A DNA stretch of 64,000 bases from Hyphomicrobiales bacterium (GTDB taxonomy: Bacteria > Pseudomonadota > Alphaproteobacteria > Rhizobiales > Aestuariivirgaceae), in assembly GCA_025359265.1 (NCBI GenBank), contig JANYHB010000035.1, positions 58,084-122,083 of the forward strand, written 5' to 3'. The translations under genes were made by a program, and so were the position numbers. The notes beneath the pieces are model-generated. The model was not told the origin of the DNA. It worked only from the letters and a program-made list of their open reading frames with translations, and ran no database searches. Below, piece by piece: positions 37,424 through 46,108 of the stretch. Every line of letters begins with the position of its first letter. Within the stretch, counting starts at the first letter, position 1.

Positions 37424-38659
37424 CTAAACCATGCGCACCCTTGGCCCGGCCTTGCGCTTCGTAAGCACCAGTTCCGTCACCGCCCACACCAAGGCATCAA
37501 GCCGATCAGGGCTTTTGCCTTCTTCAAGGCTGGCACACATTTCATCTTCAAGGGCCGGGAATGAACCTACGTGATGCACCCTGCCCTGTTCATAAAGTGC
37601 GGCCACAGGTTCAGCCCGCAGGCGCTTGCCCACACTGGCATGCACCGCGCTGTAAGGCAGATCAGGGGCCACTTGGCGCAGCACTTGCTCTACCATGGCA
37701 CCGCCTTGGTTCACTTCAGCCACAACGCGGGAAGCGCCATGGGTTTCGTAAACCGCTTTCACTTTCTCTGCCCAACGTTTGGGGCTGGCGCGTTCCAAGG
37801 ATGCGTCGTCCAAAACATAACAGTGCCCCTCTTCACTCAAACCCACCACAACAATGCCGCAAGCATTGCTCTTGGCATGGAAGCTGGCCGGTGGATCAAC
37901 TGCCACCACCACGCGTTTCAGTGGCGGTGCATTCAGCACACGCAAGCGGTCAACATCCTCGCGTTTAAACAGCGCGTCCGGATCATCATCCAGCATCTCG
38001 CCATCAAGTTCTTGCCGGCCCAGCCGAGAGCCACCGTAACGCGCCGTTACAATCTTCAAAAACGGTTTGGCCAAATGCCCCTTGTTGTCAGCGGTGCGCG
38101 AGCGTGAGACCACGGTGGCCTCATCACTCAATAATTTTTTCAACAGCGGAATAGGTCGTGGTGTTGTCGTCACCACGGCCACCGGGTTATCACCCAGCCG
38201 CAAAGCAAACTGCAACATTTCCCACACTTTTTCGGCATGTTTCCATTTCGCTAATTCATCACACCAAGCCGCGTCAAACTGGGGCCCGCGCAAACCATCC
38301 GGCTCTTCGGCTGAAAACACTTGTGCCTGCGCCCCGTTGGGCCACGTCACCACACGCTTGGACGGCTCAAACTTCGGTCGCGCATAAGCGGGATGCACAG
38401 ACAAAAGCCCAGACACGCCCTCAATCATCACCATGCGCGCTTCAGCAAAAGTGGGGGCCACCAAGGCAATGCGCAAATTGGCCTGGCAGGCCAAGTGCCG
38501 CACAAATTCGGCACCACTTCGGGTCTTGCCACTGCCGCGCCCACCCAGCAAAAGCCACGTGCGCCAGGGGCTGTCAGGCGGAAGTTGATCCGCCCTCGCC
38601 CACAGTGGCCATTCCCACAGCAGTGCTGCCACTTCCGGCGCTGTCAAAATGCGGCTCAC
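37424..38659 (-). CDS. Terminase large subunit (g2-like)
   Basis: LWARADQLPP, GGRGSGKT Walker A, WCDELAKW, KSPDRLDALVWA; GTG start after GGAG chosen over the longer ORF. Confidence 0.93.
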   Translation of the reverse strand: MSRILTAPEVAALLWEWPLWARADQLPPDSPWRTWLLLGGRGSGKTRSGAEFVRHLACQANLRIALVAPTFAEARMVMIEGVSGLLSVHPAYARPKFEPSKRVVTWPNGAQAQVFSAEEPDGLRGPQFDAAWCDELAKWKHAEKVWEMLQFALRLGDNPVAVVTTTPRPIPLLKKLLSDEATVVSRSRTADNKGHLAKPFLKIVTARYGGSRLGRQELDGEMLDDDPDALFKREDVDRLRVLNAPPLKRVVVAVDPPASFHAKSNACGIVVVGLSEEGHCYVLDDASLERASPKRWAEKVKAVYETHGASRVVAEVNQGGAMVEQVLRQVAPDLPYSAVHASVGKRLRAEPVAALYEQGRVHHVGSFPALEDEMCASLEEGKSPDRLDALVWAVTELVLTKRKAGPRVRMV

Positions 38660-39137
38660 TGCCGCTCCCATCCGCGCCCTCGCACAGGCCCGCAATGCGG
38701 CCCGCAAGTTCATCACGCTGGGCGTCATCCAGTTGCAGATTGTCTTGGCGGCGAGAGGTACGCTGCTTGCGATCTTTTTGTTCAAGCTCAAGAACCTTTT
38801 CCAATGTGCGCACCAAAGTATTGGCCGAACGAATGTCTCGCTCATTTGAAAGCGCGTTCAATTCTTGGCCAATGGCCCCAATCTCGCCCTCCAGCTGGAT
38901 CAAACGTTTGTGTAAAATTTCTTTCAGGCGGCGCAAAGTTTGGCGCGTGGTTTCAGACTTTGCCTTGGCCGGGTTTGAACCCCGCAAAGCCCAACCCAGC
39001 GCCTTGGCCCTGCGGCTGAGGGCTTGGCCGGTCATGTCGATCGATTTACCAATCTCGGTTACAGTTTCGTGCGCCAGCTCATAGCGATCACGCAAAGCGG
39101 CCCAATCGGGCACCAAGCCTTCAGTTTGTTCTGTCAT
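38574..39137 (-). CDS. Terminase small subunit (g1 position)
   Basis: N-terminal PDWAALRDRY...LSRRAKALGW HTH-like block, coiled coil, LDDAQRDELAGRIA; immediately upstream of TerL. Confidence 0.7.
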   Translation of the reverse strand: MTEQTEGLVPDWAALRDRYELAHETVTEIGKSIDMTGQALSRRAKALGWALRGSNPAKAKSETTRQTLRRLKEILHKRLIQLEGEIGAIGQELNALSNERDIRSANTLVRTLEKVLELEQKDRKQRTSRRQDNLQLDDAQRDELAGRIAGLCEGADGSGSEPHFDSAGSGSTAVGMATVGEGGSTSA

Positions 39138-39215
39138 TGTGTCTGTAAATCCCAAGCCCGCAAGGGGCAATTTAGAGAGCCACTGATTTCTGGACCCACT
39201 TCTGGAGTATGACCA

Positions 39216-39244
39216 GACATAGGGGGTCGAGCGTACGCTGTCAA
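39216..39244 (-). promoter_or_regulatory. Candidate sigma70-type promoter of the GTA operon
   Basis: TTGACA (39244-39239), 17 bp, TATGTC (39221-39216). Confidence 0.45.
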
Positions 39245-39386
39245 GGACTATTTTCCGTATAGAGGAATTTTTTTATATCTCATTCATTTCGTTTGGCTTT
39301 TCGAAACGAAATGACGGTTTCAGCCTTCAAAACGGCAAAGTTAGCTGGCAAGAAAATTGTCATTCGCCTAAAATGAGGGGCGAAAC

Positions 39387-39869
39387 ATGATAAACCCTGT
39401 CCCCACATTATCGCCCGCGGCCGAGCGAGCCGTTGTCTCGGTATGCAATTCCTACCATAACAAGCCCGATACATTGCTTGAGATTCTGCATGACGTGCAA
39501 GAACAGCTCGGCCATGTGCCGGAGCAGTCCCTGCCCTTGATCGCCGCAGCGCTCAATCTTTCGCGTGCTGAAGTTTATGGTGTGGTTACTTTTTATCACG
39601 ACTTTCATTTGAACCCAAAAGGCCAGCATGTAATCAAAATCTGCCGTGCTGAAGCATGCCAAAGTGCCGGCGGCTTTGCGGTGATTGCCGCGCTTGAGAA
39701 TACCTTGCAAATCAAATTGGGCGAAACAACTGCGGATGGCAAAATCACACTCGAAGCAGTATACTGTTTAGGCCTCTGCCCCATGGGGCCGGCCGCTTTG
39801 ATTGACGGCAAGCCCAAAGCGGCGATAAAGCCAGATAACGTCATCGCTCTTGTGAAGGAGCTTGCATGA
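39387..39869 (+). CDS. fdsG: NAD-dependent formate dehydrogenase gamma subunit
   Basis: LNLSRAEVYGVVTFYHDF, CRAEAC, CLGLC. Confidence 0.92.
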   Translation: MINPVPTLSPAAERAVVSVCNSYHNKPDTLLEILHDVQEQLGHVPEQSLPLIAAALNLSRAEVYGVVTFYHDFHLNPKGQHVIKICRAEACQSAGGFAVIAALENTLQIKLGETTADGKITLEAVYCLGLCPMGPAALIDGKPKAAIKPDNVIALVKELA

Positions 39870-41425
39870 TGGTGAAAATTTTTATCCCCCGTGACATGTT
39901 AGCCAAAGCACTGGGCGCAGATGCAGTGGCCGAAGCCATCGCCAAGGCAGCTCAATTCAAAAAACTTGATGTACAGATTATTCGCAACTCATCGCGCGGC
40001 ATGGCCTGGCTCGAACCTCTTGTTGAAGTTGAAACACCCGAGGGCCGCATCGGCTATGGCGGCGTACAGCCTGCCGATGTGGAAAGTCTTTTTGCAGCCA
40101 ACTTCCTTGCAGGTGGCCGGCACAGGCTGGGCCAGGGGTTGGTTGAAGAGATTCAATTTCTGAAAAATCAAAATCGTCTCACCTTCGCGCGTGCCGGAAT
40201 TACTGATCCGCTTTCGTTGGATGACTATATCGCCCATGGCGGTTTTGCAGGGCTGAAAAAAGCGTTGGCCATGAAGGGCGCTGACATTGTCAAGGAAGTT
40301 GTAGAATCTGGCTTGCGTGGTCGCGGCGGTGCGGGCTTTCCAACCGGCATAAAATGGAAAACCGTGAGCGATGCAACGTGCGCGCAGAAATATGTATGCT
40401 GCAACGCTGATGAAGGCGACTCAGGAACTTTCGCAGACCGCATGGTGATGGAGGGCGATCCCTTCATGCTCATCGAGGGCCTGGTGATCGCGGGCCTCGC
40501 TGGTGGTGCCACGAAGGGTTACATCTATATCCGCTCAGAATATCCTGACGCCATTGCCACGATGAAGGAAGCGATTGTCATTGCCACGCAGAACCATTGG
40601 CTCGGCGAAAACATTCAGCACTCTGGCAAAACTTTCATTCTGGAAGTGCGCCGCGGCGCGGGCGCTTATATCTGCGGTGAAGAAACCGCCATGTTGGATT
40701 CACTGGAAGGTAAACGTGGCGTGGTTCGCGCCAAGCCACCTCTGCCAGCGCTCGAAGGTCTGTTTGGCCAACCTACAATCATCAACAACGTGCTGTCATT
40801 CTGCGCCGTGCCTTACATCTTGGCCAAAGGTGCCAAGGCCTATGCGGATTATGGCATGGGCCGATCACGCGGAACCATGCCTTTCCAGCTCGGCGGCAAT
40901 TTGAAGCGCGGCGGCATTGTCGAAACAGCGTTCGGCATCACGCTTCGTGAATTGGTTGAGGGCTTCGGCGGTGGGCCTTACATGGGCAAAAAGTTGCGGG
41001 CTGTTCAAGTCGGCGGACCATTGGGGGCTTATCTCTCAGCCGACGAATTGGATATCAAGATGGACTATGAAACTCTGGCCGCCAACGGGGCAATGTTGGG
41101 CCATGGCGGCATTGTGGTGTTCGACGGTTCGGTGGATATGGCCGCGCAAGCGCGCTTCGCCATGGAATTCTGCGCCATTGAATCATGTGGCAAATGCACC
41201 CCCTGCCGCATCGGTTCAACGCGGGGTGTGGAAGTGATCGACAAAATTATTGCAGGTGAAAACCGCATGGCCAATGCCGCTCTGCTTGAAGACCTTTGCA
41301 CCACCATGACCGATGGCTCACTTTGCGCCATGGGGGGATTGACGCCCATGCCAGTGCTCAGCGCACTGACTAAATTCCCTGAAGACTTCGGCTTGCCCAC
41401 TCACAAGAAAATCGCTGCTGAATAG
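39866..41425 (+). CDS. fdsB: NAD-dependent formate dehydrogenase beta subunit (NuoF-like)
   Basis: GLRGRGGAGFPTG, NADEGDSGTFADR, ESCGKCTPCRIG. Confidence 0.94.
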   Translation: MMVKIFIPRDMLAKALGADAVAEAIAKAAQFKKLDVQIIRNSSRGMAWLEPLVEVETPEGRIGYGGVQPADVESLFAANFLAGGRHRLGQGLVEEIQFLKNQNRLTFARAGITDPLSLDDYIAHGGFAGLKKALAMKGADIVKEVVESGLRGRGGAGFPTGIKWKTVSDATCAQKYVCCNADEGDSGTFADRMVMEGDPFMLIEGLVIAGLAGGATKGYIYIRSEYPDAIATMKEAIVIATQNHWLGENIQHSGKTFILEVRRGAGAYICGEETAMLDSLEGKRGVVRAKPPLPALEGLFGQPTIINNVLSFCAVPYILAKGAKAYADYGMGRSRGTMPFQLGGNLKRGGIVETAFGITLRELVEGFGGGPYMGKKLRAVQVGGPLGAYLSADELDIKMDYETLAANGAMLGHGGIVVFDGSVDMAAQARFAMEFCAIESCGKCTPCRIGSTRGVEVIDKIIAGENRMANAALLEDLCTTMTDGSLCAMGGLTPMPVLSALTKFPEDFGLPTHKKIAAE

Positions 41426-41434
41426 GAACGTGTC

Positions 41435-44296
41435 ATGCTGATCAAAGAAACCGAATACGGCACCCCAATATCTGAAATGACCCAAATGGTCACATTGGAA
41501 ATTGATGGCCGGGAAATCAGCGTGCCCGAGGGCACCAGCATCATGCGCGCAGCGATGGAGCTTGGCACCAAGATTCCAAAACTCTGTGCCACTGATTCAG
41601 TGAAGAGCTTTGGCTCTTGCCGTTTGTGCCTGGTAGAGATTGAGGGTCGCAAAGGCACTCCAGCGTCTTGCACCACACCTGTGGCACAGGGACTGAAGGT
41701 TCACACTGAAACTGACCGCCTCAATAAATTGCGCAAAGGCGTGATGGAACTCTATATCTCAGATCATCCGCTGGATTGCCTCACGTGTGCGGCCAATGGC
41801 GATTGCGAATTGCAAGACATGGCCGGCGCAGTGGGATTGCGTGATGTGCGCTATGGCTATGATGGCCAGAACCATGTTTTCAAAAAAAATGATGGGGCCG
41901 AGAATTTTCTCTATAAGGCCAAAGATGAATCCAATCCTTATTTTACTTTCGATCCAGCCAAATGCATCGTCTGCTCACGTTGCGTGCGGGCTTGCGAAGA
42001 AGTGCAAGGCACTTTCGCATTAACGATTGATGGGCGTGGTTTTGCCTCCCATGTTTCGGCTGGCATGGACGAAGGCTTCATGAATTCGGAGTGCGTATCC
42101 TGCGGGGCCTGCGTGCAGGCCTGCCCCACGGCCACTCTCACGGAAAAATCGGTTATCGCCAAAGGCCAACCCGAACACTCGGTTCTCACCACTTGCGCCT
42201 ATTGCGGTGTGGGCTGCTCTTTCAAGGCAGAAATGAAGGGCGAAGATGTGGTGCGCATGGTGCCATACAAAAATGGCGGCGCCAATGAGGGCCATTCCTG
42301 TGTCAAGGGCCGCTTCGCCTGGGGCTATGCCACCCACAAGGATCGCATCACCAGCCCAATGATCCGTACACGGATTACTGATCCGTGGAAGGAAGTCACG
42401 TGGGGCGAGGCAATCGCGTTCGCGGCAGCGCAATTCAAGTCAATCCAAAACCAACATGGGGTGCAATCAATTGGCGGCATCACCTCGTCGCGCTGCACCA
42501 ATGAAGAAGTTTATGTGGTACAGAAAATGATCCGCGCCGCTTTCAAGAATAATAATACCGACACGTGTGCCCGCGTCTGCCATTCACCCACGGGTTATGG
42601 CTTATCAAAAACCTTCGGCACTTCCGCCGGAACGCAAGATTTCAAATCTGTGGCCAAAGCCGATGTGATCATGGTGATCGGAGCCAACCCCACGCAGGGC
42701 CATCCGGTGTTTGCTTCACGCATGAAAAAACGCCTGCGCGCCGGGGCAAAGCTGATCGTGATTGATCCGCGCGCCACAGAATCGGTGCGCTCACCCCATG
42801 TTGCGGCGGCGCATCACTTGCAACTTCGCCCCGGTACGAATGTGGCTGTAATCAACGCCATGGCCCACGTTATCATGACAGAGGGTTTGCAGGACCAGAA
42901 ATTCATTGACGAACGTTGTGATCTCAACGAATTCAGCCGCTGGATGCAATTCATCAGTGCACAGAGCAATTCTCCAGAAGCGCTGGAAACTGAAACGCGG
43001 GTGCCCGCCGATGAAGTTCGCAAAGCTGCGAGGCTTTTTGCCACTGGCGGCAATGGCGCGATCTATTACGGTTTGGGTGTGACTGAACACAGCCAAGGCT
43101 CCACCATGGTGATGGGCATGGCCAACTTGGCCATGCTCACCGGCAACATGGGCCGAAATGGCGTGGGGGTTAATCCATTGCGCGGCCAGAATAATGTGCA
43201 GGGCGCTTGCGACATGGGCTCATTCCCGCATGAATTGCCTGGATACCGCCACATCTCAGACAATGCGGTGCGACAGATGTTTGAAGATGTATGGAAAACG
43301 TCGATTGAAAGCGAACCAGGCTTGCGCATTCCCAATATGCTCAGTGCCGCTGTTGAGGGCACGTTTAAAGGCATCTTCATTCAAGGTGAAGATATTGCAC
43401 AGTCTGATCCCAACACCAATCATGTGACTGCGGCACTGGAAAACATGGAATGCGTTGTGGTGCAAGATTTATTCCTCAATGAAACCGCTGCTTTTGCGCA
43501 TGTTTTTTTGCCGGGCACAAGCTTTCTGGAAAAGGATGGAACCTTCACCAATGCGGAGCGCCGCATCAACCGCGTGCGCCCGGTGAAGGCCGCTATGCAA
43601 GGCAAGCAAGAGTGGCAAGTTGTGTGCGAGCTCGCGCAGGCCATGGGTTACAATATGCACTATGACAACGCATCTGAAATCATGGACGAGATTGCGCGCG
43701 TCACGCCAACCTTTGCGAATGTTTCTTTCGCCAAGATCGATGAGCTGGGTTCCATTCAATGGCCTTGCAACGCCAATGCGCCAAACGGCACGCCGCTGAT
43801 GCATGTCGGGAAATTTGTGCGCGGCCAGGGCCGTTTCATGTTGACGGAATATGTGCCAACGCCAGAGCGTGCCAACAGAGACTTTCCTCTAATTCTCACC
43901 ACGGGGCGGATTCTTTCGCAATATAATGTGGGCGCGCAAACGCGCCGCACCGCCAATTCGCAATGGCATCGCGAAGACCTCTTGGAAATTCACCCCAGTG
44001 ATGCCGAGCTGCGCGGCATCAAAGCCGGTGCGATGGTTTCTCTCACCAGCCGTATCGGCGGCACAACCTTGCGTGCGGACGTTACTGAGCGCGTTCCACG
44101 TGGTGTCGTCTACACCACCTTTCATCATCCGGTGACGGGTGCAAATGTGATCACGACCGAGTTCTCGGATTGGGCGACGAATTGCCCCGAATACAAGGTG
44201 ACGGCCGTGCAGGTAAATCCATCCAATCAGGCTTCGCAATGGCAGAAAGAATGGGAAGACCGCGAAGACACCAACAAGCGTGTTGCAGCAGAGTGA
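41435..44296 (+). CDS. fdsA: NAD-dependent formate dehydrogenase alpha subunit (molybdopterin)
   Basis: Fe-S motifs, CAYCGVGC, DTCARVCHSPT with Cys ligand, LRGQNNVQG. Confidence 0.96.
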   Translation: MLIKETEYGTPISEMTQMVTLEIDGREISVPEGTSIMRAAMELGTKIPKLCATDSVKSFGSCRLCLVEIEGRKGTPASCTTPVAQGLKVHTETDRLNKLRKGVMELYISDHPLDCLTCAANGDCELQDMAGAVGLRDVRYGYDGQNHVFKKNDGAENFLYKAKDESNPYFTFDPAKCIVCSRCVRACEEVQGTFALTIDGRGFASHVSAGMDEGFMNSECVSCGACVQACPTATLTEKSVIAKGQPEHSVLTTCAYCGVGCSFKAEMKGEDVVRMVPYKNGGANEGHSCVKGRFAWGYATHKDRITSPMIRTRITDPWKEVTWGEAIAFAAAQFKSIQNQHGVQSIGGITSSRCTNEEVYVVQKMIRAAFKNNNTDTCARVCHSPTGYGLSKTFGTSAGTQDFKSVAKADVIMVIGANPTQGHPVFASRMKKRLRAGAKLIVIDPRATESVRSPHVAAAHHLQLRPGTNVAVINAMAHVIMTEGLQDQKFIDERCDLNEFSRWMQFISAQSNSPEALETETRVPADEVRKAARLFATGGNGAIYYGLGVTEHSQGSTMVMGMANLAMLTGNMGRNGVGVNPLRGQNNVQGACDMGSFPHELPGYRHISDNAVRQMFEDVWKTSIESEPGLRIPNMLSAAVEGTFKGIFIQGEDIAQSDPNTNHVTAALENMECVVVQDLFLNETAAFAHVFLPGTSFLEKDGTFTNAERRINRVRPVKAAMQGKQEWQVVCELAQAMGYNMHYDNASEIMDEIARVTPTFANVSFAKIDELGSIQWPCNANAPNGTPLMHVGKFVRGQGRFMLTEYVPTPERANRDFPLILTTGRILSQYNVGAQTRRTANSQWHREDLLEIHPSDAELRGIKAGAMVSLTSRIGGTTLRADVTERVPRGVVYTTFHHPVTGANVITTEFSDWATNCPEYKVTAVQVNPSNQASQWQKEWEDREDTNKRVAAE

Positions 44297-44373
44297 CATT
44301 GAACGCGCCCCGACACCGCAACAAACCGTTATTCCCAGCAACGCAGGAATCCGCGCCGACCACCGGCGACGCC

Positions 44374-45183
44374 ATGAGAACAATTGATCCCAGCGCGCAC
44401 GGGGATGACAACAGTCAGTCGTTCAGGGCCCTTGGCACACTCAATGGCGCTGCAACTGTCTGGCAACTGCCTGAAGAGGTTCCTGTCGGCATTCTCCTTG
44501 GCTCACATCCTTACGCCGTGATGATGGCAACACCGGCTGATCTGGAAGATTTCGCCCTGGGCTTTGTTTTGAGCGAAGGACTCGTTGCTCATCACTCACA
44601 CGTCAACAATGTGATTGTGCTGAAGCAGGCTGAAGGCCTCAGCGTGGACGTAGCAACTGCCGAAGATAAATTAATCCGTACACAGATGGTTTCGCGCACG
44701 ATGGAAAGCCGCGTGGGCTGTGGTCTTTGTGGCATTGCAGAGCTGGCAGATGCCGTGCGCATGCCAGCCAACAAGGTGAAGCCCGTGCCATTTTCACCAG
44801 CGGCTATTGCAGCGGCTTTCGACGCGCTTCCCCGGCACCAACCGATGAATGCCGTCAACCGCACTGTTCATGCCGCCGGCTTTTGCTCTGTAGACGGACG
44901 AATTCTGCTGGCGCGTGAGGATGTGGGCCGCCACAACGCGCTTGACAAACTTATCGGAGGCATGGCCCGCGCACATATCTCGCCAGAGCAGGGCTTCGTG
45001 GTCATGTCATCGCGATGCTCATTTGAATTGATTCAAAAATGTGCCCGTGTGGGTATTGGGGCTCTGGCCACGGTTTCCGCGCCCACGGCTCTGGCACTCA
45101 AACTCGCGCGCCAGGCGGGCTTGCAACTTGCCGCCCACGCCCAACAGGGCATCATGATGTTTGATGGAGATAATAATGCATAG
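44374..45183 (+). CDS. fdhD: Formate dehydrogenase accessory sulfurtransferase FdhD/FdsC
   Basis: LPEEVPV, GCGLCG, REDVGRHNALDKLIG, SSRCSFELIQK; alternative GTG start at 44293. Confidence 0.93.
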   Translation: MRTIDPSAHGDDNSQSFRALGTLNGAATVWQLPEEVPVGILLGSHPYAVMMATPADLEDFALGFVLSEGLVAHHSHVNNVIVLKQAEGLSVDVATAEDKLIRTQMVSRTMESRVGCGLCGIAELADAVRMPANKVKPVPFSPAAIAAAFDALPRHQPMNAVNRTVHAAGFCSVDGRILLAREDVGRHNALDKLIGGMARAHISPEQGFVVMSSRCSFELIQKCARVGIGALATVSAPTALALKLARQAGLQLAAHAQQGIMMFDGDNNA

Positions 45184-45460
45184 TTCAGACATCGTGCGCA
45201 TGGCAAATCAGATCGCCGATTTTTTTAAAAGTTACGGGCCAGATGAAGCAACGAGAGAAGTCGCAACGCATATCAACAATTATTGGGAACCCCGGATGCG
45301 GCAACATTTTTTTGAAACATTAAGCGCGAATGCGAATGAGTTTAATCCTTTGGTGGTTGCAGCTGCGGCGCTGGTGCGAAAGCCCCACCAGAAGAAAGCT
45401 GATGTTCCCGAACCCATGGACCAGAAAACCGGATTGCCCATGGAAGCGAAAGAAGCCTAG
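45176..45460 (+). CDS. fdsD: Formate dehydrogenase delta subunit
   Basis: IVRMANQIADFF...HINNYWEPRMR. Confidence 0.93.
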   Translation: MHSSDIVRMANQIADFFKSYGPDEATREVATHINNYWEPRMRQHFFETLSANANEFNPLVVAAAALVRKPHQKKADVPEPMDQKTGLPMEAKEA

Positions 45461-45475
45461 CACACGCCAGCATCA

Positions 45476-45934
45476 CTACCTGGTCTTTCGCCTGGCTTTT
45501 GGCAATTTCCACAGATGATCCAAAAGTTCATCCACGCTGATGCCCTTTTCGCCATAGACTTCGCCTGCCACGCTGATCCCGGCCTCGCGCACCGTTTCAG
45601 ATGAGCCTGACACCAGCGGATGCCACCAGGCCAAGCCACGACCTTCATGGATGCGGCGATAAGCACATGACTCAGGAAGCCAGCCCAGTTCACCCACGTT
45701 TTTGGGCGTCAGGGCCACACAGTCAGAAACACGTTTTTGGCGATTTTTATAATCTGTACACTGACATTTATCCAAGTCGAGCAACTGGCAGGCCGCGCGG
45801 GTGTAGAGAAACGCGCCCGTATCCTCATCTTCCAGTTTATTGAGGCAGCAACGCCCGCAGCCATCACACAAAGACTCCCACTCGCCAACCGACATTTCGG
45901 CCAGGGTTTTGGTTTTCCAGAAGGGCGCGGTCAT
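45476..45934 (-). CDS. YcgN/UPF0260 cysteine-cluster protein
   Basis: PFWKTK.L.EM...[18 protein letters not shown]; real start inside the longer listed ORF. Confidence 0.92.
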   Translation of the reverse strand: MTAPFWKTKTLAEMSVGEWESLCDGCGRCCLNKLEDEDTGAFLYTRAACQLLDLDKCQCTDYKNRQKRVSDCVALTPKNVGELGWLPESCAYRRIHEGRGLAWWHPLVSGSSETVREAGISVAGEVYGEKGISVDELLDHLWKLPKARRKTR

Positions 45935-46108
45935 CGGCGCATTATGACGCTCTCCGCTTCGTTGGGCCAGCCCCTTTATGCAGCTTTGGCTTGACAAAGT
46001 GGCCGCAATGCCACCTTTATTGCTGGGCATGATTTCAGTCGAACAAATCAGGCACGGCTTGCATCCTGCCGCGCCCGGACTATAGAACTTCGCAAACGGA
46101 ATTTCGAA

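Noticed and set aside
22140-39244. Intact temperate prophage
   Set aside because: No integrase, repressor, replication genes or att repeats; about 17 kb in RcGTA gene order
41435-44296. Selenocysteine in formate dehydrogenase alpha
   Set aside because: No in-frame TGA; the ligand is Cys (CARVCH)
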